From Dendrobates tinctorius (lineage: Eukaryota): a stretch of 64,000 nt of DNA. This document shows positions 12,996 to 24,724 of the stretch, piece after piece. Positions within the stretch are counted from its first letter, which is position 1, and each line of letters opens with the position of its first letter. Location of the stretch: assembly GCF_039654945.1 (NCBI RefSeq), contig NW_027361695.1, forward strand, positions 17,422,001 through 17,486,000, given 5' to 3'. Under the pieces are notes generated by a model that worked only from the letters and a program-made list of their open reading frames with translations, ran no database searches and had not been told where the DNA came from. A program made the position numbers and the translations under genes.

Positions 12996-13721
12996 GTGTA
13001 TGTGCACACGCTGCGGATTCTGCTGCGGATCCGCAGCGGATTTGGCCCTGTGGATCCCCAGCAGTTTCTGCTGCGTTGTACAGTATCGTTAATTTTTATG
13101 GAAAATGAAAACCACTGTGCACGTGCTGCGGATTTTTCCGCCCGGATTTGCTGCGGTTTCAAATCCGCAGCATGTCACTTCTTTGTGCGGAATCCGCAGC
13201 GGTTTTACACCTGCTCCATTAGGGTAAGTGCACACGTTGCAGATTGTGCTGCGGATTTTTCTGTGCGGATTTGGCAAAATTCGCAGGTAAATCCGCAGGT
13301 CAAAAGACCTGTGTTTTATCTGCGGATTACCCTGCTGTTTTCCCCTGCGGTTTGACACCTGTGTAATGGAGTAGGTGTAAAACTGCTGCGGATTCCACTC
13401 AAAGAAGTGACATGCTGTGGATTTGAAACCGCAGCAAATCCGCGCAGAAAATTCCGCAGCATGTGCACAGCGGTTTTCATTTTCCATAGAAAATAAAGGT
13501 ACTGTACAACGCAGCAGAAACTGCTGCGGATCCGCAGGGCTAAATCCACTGCGGATCCGCAGCAGAATCCGCAGCGTGTGCACATACCCTAATACAGGTG
13601 TCAAACTGCAGGCTAATCCGCAGAAAAAGCACAGGTCTTTTGACCTGTGGATTTACTTGCAGTTTTTGCCAAATCCGCGCGGAAAAATCCGCAGCACAAT
13701 CCGCAATGTGTGCACTTACCC
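12996..13721. mobile_element. Two PIF/Harbinger-type MITE copies, one (13222-13589) nested in inverted orientation inside the other
   Basis: Four gggtaWgtgcacac-type termini. Outer TSD TTA/TTA; inner TSD TTA/TAA. Confidence 0.85.
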
Positions 13722-14981
13722 TTAAGGGCACATGATGGTTGATGAAATCAGCAATCATCTGCCGTGAGAGATACGGGCTCGGTGAGCTGCACCAAGGTTC
13801 AGGGTCATAATATATGATGTAAATGTACGTTATATGTTGTGAAAGGGTTAAAAAAAGCATTGGTCCAACTGCTATCAGTTTTTTCCATGGACAATATTTG
13901 GACCCAAAAATACGGTTGTGTGAACATAGCCTAAATCTGATTTAAAAGTTTCACTTTGATCTTATCATAAATTAGCATCAGGGAAAGAGAATAAAGGATT
14001 CCAGGATCTGCAATACGTACGATCTCACTGATGGATTGACTGGTAACTCATTCTGCAGCCTGCTAAAGTACTGTGATAAATAGAGGTTGTAGAAACCAAC
14101 CGGAGCAACATTGTCGTTAAAACGCTATTGCTAACAATGTCGTTTGGCTCAAAATATATGCATTTAACTAGAAAAAAATACCCCTGAAGGTGAACGTATC
14201 CATTAAAGTAGAAACAGCTTTTGGCTGCTGAAATGTAAACGCTTTCTGTGCTGTGATTCTGTGTTTTACGTCCTGTAAATCCCTGTTTATACTGGAGTAA
14301 GATCTTGGCATCCCTTTTGTGCCCTGTACTCGTTCTTTGAAGTAAATTTCCGCTCCGTGATCGGATTCTGTAACAACACGCCAGCTGCTTTAATAATGTT
14401 CTTACATCTGTGCTTAATGTTTCTCATCAATGCACGAGACGCACTCGCTGACAGACTCAATAATGAACAATCAGGCCGGAGACGTGCGGTAAATACGGTG
14501 CACATATGAGGCGCTCGTGTCACTGTCGATAGATTTACCTTGATTTCTGGTATCTGGATCGCGGTAGACTCTGCACAAACAATGTCAGATTGCCATCAAG
14601 CCGCACGTCCTCACAGCTTCCTTCTCACTTCACTTTCACAAATTAATTCTGTTTTTTTTTTTGGCATAAAATCTGCCTCCGAAATGTCCTGAGTGCCAAT
14701 TTTGTTATTGGCAAATAGCGAGAAAAGGGGATTTGCATGGAAAAGCTTGCCGTTTAGTTTCCCTCCATGTTGCCTCGATTGGTGTGAAGTCAATAAACAT
14801 TAGGCAAATGAGGCTTAAAGGATCACAAAATCTGACTGCAGCTAATATTCAGAAGTATGAGGGATAGGTAAGATTCACTATGTAGCTAAATCTGGTAGAA
14901 ACCAGGATGGGGCATGGGGAGGTTATAAATCCCCAACTTCTCATACATCCGCGCAAGACCTTGGCACCAATGGATTCCCAA

Positions 14982-15256
14982 TAGTGATAAGCGAACGTGT
15001 TCGGATAAGGTGTTATCGGAGCATGCTAACCGAGTGTCTTCGACGTGCTCGAAAAATATGTTCGAGTCCCTGCGCCTGCATGTCTCGCGAATGTTAGACA
15101 GTTGCTATACATGCAGGGATTGCCTCTATGTTTGACAATCCCTCCATGTGTTGCGTCTGTTGTGCAGACAGACATGCAGCCACACGCCGAAGACACTCGG
15201 TTAGCACACGAGCATGCTCAGATAACACATTATCAGGACATGTTCACTCCTCACTA
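14982..15256. mobile_element. hAT-type MITE
   Basis: tagtgataagcgaac...gttcactcctcacta TIRs; 8-bp TSD attcccaa/attcacaa. Confidence 0.75.
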
Positions 15257-15270
15257 ATTCACAACCATTA

Positions 15271-15466
15271 GGGCACAGTCAGAAGTCGTAGAAATCGGAT
15301 AGAGAATATACCTCAACACTCAGACTGGCCGTGACTTTCCCAAACCGAGAGTGACAGCTACACAGAAATTTATGAAGCTGTCACGTTCAGGTCGGGAGAG
15401 CCGCCGGCCAGTCTAGGTGTTGCGGTGCGAGCTCAATCCGATTTATACGGCTGCCTAATTGTGCCT
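15271..15466. mobile_element. Harbinger-type MITE (a relative lies near 53036-53220)
   Basis: tta|gggcacagt...attgtgcct|taa termini with internal palindrome. Confidence 0.6.
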
Positions 15467-16057
15467 TAACAATGAGCAATGAACATTCTAGTAGATATTC
15501 ATAATTTATTCTTTAGAGGTATATTTTTTATCCCTCACTTGTATAACGGACCGGTAGCCGGTTTGGCTTTCCCTGGTAATACTGGCAGTCAAGAAAGCGC
15601 TCATTACATTGCAGAGGACAGCTCCAATGCAAAATCCCTTCTGATAGGCCTATGTAGACTACATTGCACCATTGCGAAATCAAGGAAGATAAGACAAAGT
15701 GGTCACCTGGAAAAATGTCAGATCCTAAAGGAAGAAATTGGGTGGTATAGACTAAAACCCGCCAATGTGATGCCTGTTTTGCTGACCATCCAAAAACCGG
15801 CCACTACTCATATAAGGCTGTATTCATATGTCAAAGGGATCATTGCTCTAGGACCAGGTACAACTACAACTTCCAAACCCACTTTAACCATGCCCCTGTC
15901 AAAGACCATTTAAATAATTACACCCCAGACTAGAGAAAAAAATCAGACTCAAGGCCATACCCTCTGTATATAATATACTTACCCTGCTATTTTTTCCTCA
16001 ACACAAGGCTCTACCCTACTGGATCCTGATGCTGTTCGGTATGTTGTGCCTTCTCTG

Positions 16058-17900
16058 TGTTAGGACCCAATGCGGTGTGAGGAAAGACAGGTGAGACCGA
16101 TGGTTAAAAATTTTGGCACTCTTTACCTGTCGCTGCTTTTCAGCTTCCCACTCACTCACTTCCACTCAAGGAATTGCAGCAGTGAAAAGTTCAAGTACCA
16201 TTGTTTTGACCCCCTTTTCTAAGTAGGATGTCCCTGGAAATAAATTTTGAGTTGTTGAAGTTCTTACAATGGTTACTAAATGTGTACATTTTTTGGGTGA
16301 CCAGGTGACGTGGATCCTCCAAGCCCATGGTCCTGGTGGGCACACGGGTCATGGGAGTCTGTACAACAAATGGGTGAGGAATGCAGGACACAGATAGCTA
16401 GGATACTGGAAGGTGCAGGAAGGTAGGAGACATCCAAGAGACCACAGACAGGAAGTTGGAAAGCTTGAAAACATAGGCTGGTAGGAGACGTCCAGCAGAC
16501 CGCTTACAGGCAACTGGGATGCTGGAAACTGTGGACAGGTAGGAGATGTCCTGAAGACCTCTAGCTGGAAGCAGAGCAGGTAACGGTATACTAAGGAACT
16601 CAGAGTCTTAGTAGCACTGAAATCGTAATACACTGACGAGCAATGTTTTGAACTTTTGATTTTCAGACTCCATATCTCACCATCCACTACAGCTTCGAAT
16701 GTCAGACTACCATAATATTATAGATAATCAACTTGGCTATCTCATACATAAATTTGGCTTGCAACTGTTTAGCAAATGATTAGTTATGCAGATTCAAGTC
16801 GTGTAACATTGTTACCCTTTTGCTCGTTTGTGTACCAAGACATTAGGTGTGTGTCTTGGTGAGCCTTATATAGGCCTAGGAAGATGCTCACTTGGGATCA
16901 CACCAGGCCATCTGCAAAGCCCAACGTGGAGCACAACAGAGACTAGTGGACTGAGGTGAGGAAAGCAAAGCATGAATCTAGGACAGATGCGTAACATTGC
17001 CCTCCCCCCTACTTAGGGCCCCTCCCACAAGAATCCGTAAAGGAAGAAAACGGATGCTTTGCATAAAACTTAATGACCAACATTGGAGCATTTAAGTCTG
17101 TCTTCGGCACCAAACATCTCTTTGCAGAAACGTATCCTTTCCTGTTCACAGCAGGAAGTCAGCTTTTAGCTGGAATAGGTAGAGGGAGATGAGGTGCTCA
17201 GCTGAACACTAACAATTGATGATCTCCCGGAAGACTCTGGAACAGGATTGTTACAGGTGAACTCAGCCCAATGAAGCAGGTTGGGACAATTTTCTTTTGT
17301 GGGAGTTGGAGAATATCCTTAAATACTGTTCCATGGACTGATTAACTGTTTCGGTCTGCCCATTACTTTGGGGGTGATAGGCTGAGGAGATGTCCAGGGA
17401 AATTTTATGTTTTTGCAGAGCGCTCTCCAGAACCTGAAAACAAATTGTACACCATAGTCAAAGACTATACGAGCTAGAAAGCCAGGAAACAAGAAAATTT
17501 CTCTGAAGAACGTTTGAACCAACTGTGGAGGAGATGGAAGATCTGGTAGAGAAACAAAACGAGACATTTTGGAGAAACGATCCACGACAACCCAGATAGT
17601 AGTGAATGCCTGTGCTTCATGAAGACCTTTAACAAAGTTCATTAAAATCTCATGTCAAGGTTCTTGTGGAATTGGAAGAGGTTGAAGAGGACCAATAAGT
17701 GCTTGATGAGAGGGATTGACATGCGCACACTGAGTGCAAGATGCTTCTAACTCCTTGTCATCTTGTCTCCATTTGGGCCACCAACAGAAGCAAAAGTGAA
17801 GTTCAGTGGTATGTTGAGAGATCTGTCTGTCAAAAGGATTGGATCAAGGAGAAGCCACCATGGACAAGTCATCCGAAACACGTAGTCTCCGGCCACCTTT
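16058..17900 (-). mobile_element. Degraded chromovirus-type Ty3/Gypsy element: integrase, chromodomain, PPT and 3' LTR (16058-16996)
   Basis: Minus-strand integrase core WVVVDRFSKM...IVFDYGVQFVFRFWRALC. Chromodomain-like VNRKGYVSAKRCLVPKTDLNAPMLVIKFYAKHP at about 17050-17148. PPT aggggggagggcaa abuts the LTR-initial TG. Frameshifts and deletions are present. Confidence 0.85.
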
Positions 17901-20521
17901 TCGAAAGATGCAGTATACTTGGCTGTAGCCGTGCTGCCCGAGGTTTCGGCATCACATATCTTACATGTACTAGACCTGAGCAATGTCTTGTGTGTATAAG
18001 ATTACTGTGATCTTTCACGTTTCTACACTATCTGTTTTTCATATATTCCGTTCACACATTACTAGTGTTAAACAGTTTATATGGCTGGAGGTTATACAGA
18101 GCGATAATGCTCCCGTGCTTAGATTTCCCGAGTTACAGCGGCTTATATTCCTTTTTTTTTTATAAACGGCTTTTACCATTGCTTTATTCTGACAAGCATT
18201 CAGTATGTAAATTTATATGGTACCTGTTGCGGTCTATAAAACCAAGTGTTACCTAATAATGAGATGCATAATATTTACTATGCTAATTTACTTTTTGGTT
18301 TATGCAATCAATTCCATGCACAAAGTGCATATACATGAACACAATCCTGAATAAATACAGCCGAAGTAGCGACAGCATCAACACATTTTCCAGGTGGTTT
18401 TTATTTATTTATTTTTTTTTGCAAAATGGTTTATGATTGCAGCAAAGGTTGAACATTTTGCCGGGTGCACCACAAAGCAGATCCTAATGGAATCCACTCC
18501 AAACCAGACACTGTCCAATTTAAAGCCTGCTAAAAATGCTTGAGGAAAAGAAAAACTCCACCAAAAATGCTCGTTTCCTGATTGAACTTTTGAGGGCCTC
18601 AAAAAAACGCTTGGAGTCAACGTAGCCTAAAAGATTTGTCTTCATGTGAATTGATAGGACAACCCTTTTAGATGTTTCTAAAATTGATGCCTACAAAAGT
18701 GGATTTGTCCTTTAAATGAGCAAAGGAATAGATAAACTCATCACATGTCAGGAACATTATCCCTTTAAGACGCTAAGCATGAAATTTCATGGGCTCCGAA
18801 ATATGACGAACATAAATCTGTCCCGATATTGTCTGTCTAAATCACTAAATAAGGATCCAACCGAGTCACTGAATCAATGTAATAGCAGAGCCTTCCACTC
18901 CTCTTATCTGACAAATGTTACGCTTCTGTAATGGGATGGGATTTTAATGTTATTTTTTTTCTTTTGTCTAAGATTTTTATTATCCTACATTGCTACAACC
19001 TACGAAAAAAATGACCCTGTTTTACTGTAAATCTGCGAAAGCCTTCGATCCATACATATTTCAGCGTTTCCATTTACAATTTTAGTCAAACTAAAAAGTC
19101 ATTTACGGGCCGAGCTCAGATTTGTTAAAAAGAATCCGTTTATCATCACAGAAAATACCGCGAAATGTGCTTCTCATTGTTAACCGTCAGTTAAAAAGAG
19201 GTTGTGAGCGCGAAATTTGTCTCACCGCTAATAGACTGTATTCGTCTACTCAAAAGCGAAATCTCTAGTGGACAGTAGTGGATAACAAAGCCTTTGTTTT
19301 TGGTGGAGGTAAATAATATGAACTGCCTTGTCTTCATACTTAACTAAATCTTTCCTGCAGTTTTTCTGGAGACGTGAGTAAAAGATAGTAGCCCGAGACG
19401 AAACTTGAAACTCCAGGGCTCCCATCAAAAACGGTATGGCCACCACACATTGGACTAGTGATGGCTGAACCGGCCATTATCGACAAACTATTTTGTATCA
19501 GGGGTCTAAGACAAGCGATTTTCGGGGGAGGTAAGGATCAGGCATGTTCCATTTCAGACCGCCAATCATTTTGTTCTCTACAAATGAGCGGCCACCAGAA
19601 GAGTCCGTCATCGACTCTCTCATTGAGAACCCCAGATCGGTCAAAGACAGCATTCCTGTGTATGGGAGAAATGGCCGAGATGGGTACGGGCCAAATAACA
19701 ACCAGATAATGTGTATGGTGGGCTTACCAAGTCCCACTTATCATGTGTCATTTTTAATACTGTCTGCTTCTTAGGTGGAAAAGTGATCTTAGGGCCACCT
19801 AAGAGACCAGGATCTGATTGTGACTACTACCTCTGCACCCCCGATAGCTATGTGCCTGATTCTTTAAATGTTTAAAGTAGTTACATACCCATTGCCTTGG
19901 CTTGCCTTGACAATGTAGACTATCAGATCAGACATATCAAGAAGGGATTTGGAGTACACGTGTGCTGAACAAGGGTACATAGGATATAGCGCAGCCTTAC
20001 ACATGAGAAATGTGAAACTAGACGTGGAAATTGGTTCACCTAAGGGTCATGCTGTCTTCTGGTATCAAAATATCCAACAGTCACAATTTTACCAGGTTCC
20101 TTGACTTGCCTTGACAATATAGACTATCAGATCAGACACATACGGAAGGGAATTTGGGCACAAAAGGGGTTGGACACGGGTTCATAAGATACAGCTTAGC
20201 CTTGCCCCCATTCAACTGCTCCATGAGAGATGTGAAAGTAGGAAAGGAAATTGACTTAAAGTCCTGATTTCACTGGCAACATCGAGGGAAATGGATCTCT
20301 AAAAGGGTTCAGGGGATAGTAAAACTATGGCCCATTTTAAGGTCATTCCCAAGTGGTTCTGGAGGAGGAAGTCAAGATATCTTACTGTACCATACTTGTC
20401 TACAGTCCTAATTTTTCTATGACAATCCTAACAATCTGACCACAAAAGAAGAACTGTGTAGAAAACCCATAGCCCATCTTGAATGAGGATTTTCCTTTGT
20501 GGCCCTAGGAATGGGACTTAA

Positions 20522-20962
20522 AGGGAATCTGTTAGTAGGTTTTTGCTATGTAATCTGTGTGTAACCTGATGTAGTGGCTCAGACTCTGATTCCAGTAATG
20601 TGTCAATTACTGGGCTGTGTGTTGTTGTTTTAATAAAATTAGTATTTTATCAGCAGGAGATTATCACTACAGAACTAGGTGTCTCGTGCCTCCTAGTCAA
20701 CTGCTTTGTGTAACGCCACCTCCACCACTGATTAGCAGCTTTCTGTTTATGCACAGTGTACACAGAAAGCTGCCAATCATTGGAGTGGGTGGGGTTGTAC
20801 AGCGCTCAGCATTTAGAGAACTGCTATATCTTCAGCAGAGAAAACTGTGATTGTATCACAACTGCCGCACGCAGTAAACTAAGCGATACATCGCTGGAAT
20901 CAGGATTTCTGTCATTACATTTTGTTGCTCTCAGATTACACTGCAAAAACCTGGAGACAGAT
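20522..20962. mobile_element. TTAA-class palindromic MITE
   Basis: ttaa|agggaatctgttagtaggtttttgc...gcaaaaacctggagacagat; homologous to 8299-8748. Confidence 0.7.
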
Positions 20963-21382
20963 TTAAATGTTTCAAATTTTTACTATGGGAAAGGAGTATT
21001 TGATAGTATGCTTGGTGTATGGTCCACCAACCACCAGCAAGAATGGCCATGGCTTTTAGATGGCCTTTTATTTATCCAATCCTAACGGAGGATAACTTAT
21101 TAGCTTTAATAACTGAGTACCACAATTTTGGAGCACACCTCATTTGCCTCTTTTTCTGATTTTCCAACACTCTCTCCAGGAGAAGTAGCAGGACCTTTAG
21201 CCCCCTGACAAATTTACCATAATTTACATCAAAAACAGAAAACTAGGGTGCAGAAAATTGCACAATAGAATGTTATCCGGTAAACAATGAATCATTAAAA
21301 AAGGTTACGCCAACCTGGTCCAGTTGTTATAGTATAGAAACCCAGCTGATGCCGGTCCAGGGGTCCTCAGACCGAAGAAATC

Positions 21383-21638
21383 ACAGAAAAGGAAAATTGT
21401 GGATAATCCGCACTGCTGGTGATGTAAATGGTAAATCCAGCTCCACACAAGTGGCTTTACAATTTTTTATTTTGTCGATGCGTTTCAAAGTGTTTCCCTT
21501 TTTTTAGTCCTGATGACGTGCGTAATACTTCGAAACGCGGTGACAAAATAAAAAACACATAACCCTACTTGTGTGGCACTGGATTCACCATTTTGATTAC
21601 CAGGAGCGCAGATATTCCACAATTTTCCATTTCTGCGG
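21383..21638 (+). mobile_element. Old Penelope-like fold-back remnant with a degenerate hammerhead core
   Basis: Imperfect inverted arms of about 110 bp around gtcCTGATGA...cGAAACgcg...gacaaAATAAA. Confidence 0.7.
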
Positions 21639-23238
21639 TTATATCAAAAATTGGCACAAACAACGTGACAAGTCAATGCCACCCCATAGACGGCGGAGAC
21701 TTCATTTTCCAGGACACATCCGACCAGAAGTCTTACTCCAGCGCACTTTAGATTAAGAATGGCATATATAGCGCTTGTCTTAATACATTCCAAATATCAT
21801 CCATGTCTCCATGTCTATCTGAAGAGGAATGGCATAGTCAAGGCTCATTGCCAGAAATTCCTTAAAAAAAAAACTAGAAAAGAAAAAGAAACGTCAGAAG
21901 AATCACATATGGTTGCAAGAGTCCTATAAGTTTTAGTTGGCATAATGCCTATGCCAACAAAAATAAAAAATGCCAACTGATCCTCTTCTTTTGTGCTCAC
22001 AAAATTCATTATTGCCATTGCTAAATTGGCGGTATCAACAGGTGGCTGAGAATTGGAATGTTGCTGCCCCCCTGTGACAAAACGACAAACTACAAATGTT
22101 CACAATTATAACAATAAGGCTGTTCTGTCCTCACTAAATGAAGCAGACTTCAGGTAGCTTACATAGGCAGCTAAACCGCTATACTGGGGGTCCAATAAGG
22201 AGACTGTAGGTTGAATCTGTGTTTTATTGAACGTGGTGATATATTGGCGCGGTGAAACTACAAACAAAACATATATATATATACAGGGTACATCAGGGAT
22301 TCATATATACATAATACATTATGAATCAACATCTGCACTACTAGCTGATCAGTGGAAAACTAACTAGGCAGGCTAATATGGGACAGAATATTAGACACAG
22401 GAAGCGTGATTACATACCAGTGATGCTGTCGCAAAGGGAGAAGAGAGATGAGATGCTTCCAGAACACAGACTGAGAGAAAATGGAGAACTGGAGGGAAAA
22501 TGGGGGCTGGACTAACCATAATCCTTTGCAAAACTTACCAGGGTGCCTTGCAACCTTCCCAGAATACATTGTGAACGGAGGGAAAAGATTCAGGAAGTAC
22601 AACACACAATAACACTGCGATTATGACTCTGGTCACTAGATGGAGCCATAAACAATAAAAACATTAAATCTATTGAAGAAACTGAACATTCTGGATATTC
22701 ACTAGTAATATTATCAGATAGACAGTCAAAGGTTGTGAATTAAATGTCGGAGACTGAACAAAGGTCGTGGTCACATTTGCAACTGCAATGCAGTTGCAAG
22801 TGTGACCCCTGCCTAAATCAGTAAATTAGGGGACATATTTAATGACGTCATGTATAAGTATCATGACAGCATTCTTACATATCAATTTTACTATTTTAGT
22901 TGGTATCAGCAGAAGACTGAAGTCCTTAGAAGACATTACGCTCCAGTAAATGTCAGAATTTGCCAGCGTTAAGTCTAAGGCATAGTTTTAAATGCTGATT
23001 TGGTGCACACAGAGGTTTGAGTCTCACATAGCGCAGAAATGTTCTTTTTGCACGATGTCTCTCAGGATTTCAAGTAATTACAGTAGACTGTGAATACATT
23101 TTCATATTTCAGTATTGAAAAAAAAACTACAGATCTCTTCATCTATTTGTTGGAAATGACTTTTACTTCTCTTGCTGTTTAGACATCTTCCAAACATTTT
23201 TGTCAAATTAATTTCTCATTTCTCTCTGCTTTTTACAG

Positions 23239-23300
23239 CCTGTCAATCAGGGATCTCACTACCAAGCTGAAATGAATCCTCTGGCGCAATCTAATCCACG
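23239..23300 (+). CDS. CFAP20DC: Internal coding exon (62 nt, phase 0 in, phase 2 out) of CFAP20DC/C3orf67
   Basis: Acceptor tctctctgctttttacag| and donor |gtaaga. The only open frame reads PVNQGSHYQAEMNPLAQSNP(R), matching my recollection of human CFAP20DC ...[23 protein letters not shown]. Confidence 0.85.
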
Positions 23301-23462
23301 GTAAGAAATGTTTGAAACTTCTTAATGTCTTATCAATGATTTGATGTGTTCCGTTCATATTGTTTTTAAAGCATCTAAAAAACAAAATTAATTCATTTTT
23401 GTCAATAGATTGGATGGAGGATATTTTTCCGTTTTGAGTATACAGCTCTTATGCAGTCTTAA

Positions 23463-23774
23463 AGGCCATCAATCGGTAGGGTCAATCCTCCTAAGCCGTC
23501 TATATTGGCATGTAGGTCACAGAAAATTGAATAAAATGATACCTTGATATCTGCGATCCGATGAATGGTTCTCAAAAAATCTAGGGGTTTTTTTCTTATA
23601 TGCAAATGAGCTATGTGCCAGATTAATCTGTGTTTTCGCTTATAAGAAAAATGTGGATTTCTCAAAAACTATTAATAGGATTGCAGATATCAAGGTATCA
23701 TTTGATTCAACTTTCTATGACCTACATGCCCATATAGATGGCTTAAGAGGGTTGGTTCTACTGAAAGATGCTCT
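23463..23774. mobile_element. TTAA-class MITE (same family as 60419-61620)
   Basis: TTAA flanks; inverted arms containing gaataaaatgataccttgatatctgc. Confidence 0.75.
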
Positions 23775-23949
23775 TTAAGTACCTTTAATAGGTACAGACA
23801 AAACCCCATGCAATGGATACTGACGCTCCAATCATATTTTCTATCACTTACTTCTTATTAACCTCTCATATATACAGAAAACTAGTAAAAAAGTTCTGTA
23901 TAAACAATCACCCATGCCAATAAACCAACTGATAAGAGAAGTGAATGAC

Positions 23950-24400
23950 ATTGATTATTTTCTAACAATGTTCAGGAGTGAGATATATTAGGCAGCAAGT
24001 GAACAGACTGTTCTTGAAGTTGATGTACTGGAAGCTGGAAACATGGACAAATATAAGGATCCAAGTGACTTTGACAAGGGCCAAATCATGAAGTCTAGAT
24101 AAATAGGTCTTGTGGGTTGTTCCCAATATTTAGTGGTTAGTACCTACCAAAAGAGTTCCAAAGAAGGAAAGCCAGTGAAAATGCAGCACATATGGGTCTG
24201 TGAAGCTGCAGACAGATGAGCATGCCCATGGTCCCTAATATCCATCTTCGAAAGCACTTACAGTGGGCACATGAGTATAAGAACTATGGTATACCATGGA
24301 GCATTGGAATTTGGTGGGCCAAGCTAATAAATCATGTTTTTTTTTACATCATGTAGATAGCCAGGTGGGTGTGCATTGTTTTTCTAGGTAAGAAATGGGA
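23950..24400 (+). mobile_element. Tc1-like transposase 5' remnant
   Basis: agtgactttgacaagggccaaatc encodes SDFDKGQI, a typical Tc1 N-terminal HTH segment; heavily decayed. Confidence 0.55.
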
Positions 24401-24724
24401 ACTGTAGGTGGAAACTTGACAGATCAAAATAAGGCTTACAAAGTCAGGTTGTGCACTAGCCAGTCCATTTAGCAGGTCCCAGGTGAACCCTGGCCTTCAA
24501 TCTTTTAACCTGGTACAGGAATCTGGACTTTCACAGGGCCCCCGGAGTTATATCCAAGGAGTACCTGCAGGTTGGTAGAGCAATCTGGCAGAATGACGGA
24601 TTATTCAGCAGGGTTAGTACAAGGCTGTCAAAGTCATGGGCAGTTGGGCTATTAGAAAAATGAGACATGCTTAGCAAGAAAACACCAGGATTCAGGATAC
24701 AAGGGTTAGACAAGACAACAAACC

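Larger units (their letters stand above)
11919..13847. mobile_element. Long non-autonomous TTAA-type DNA transposon carrying nested MITEs
   Basis: ttag|ccccttca...tgaaaggg|ttaa termini; contains insertions at 12627-12809 and 12996-13721. Confidence 0.6.
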
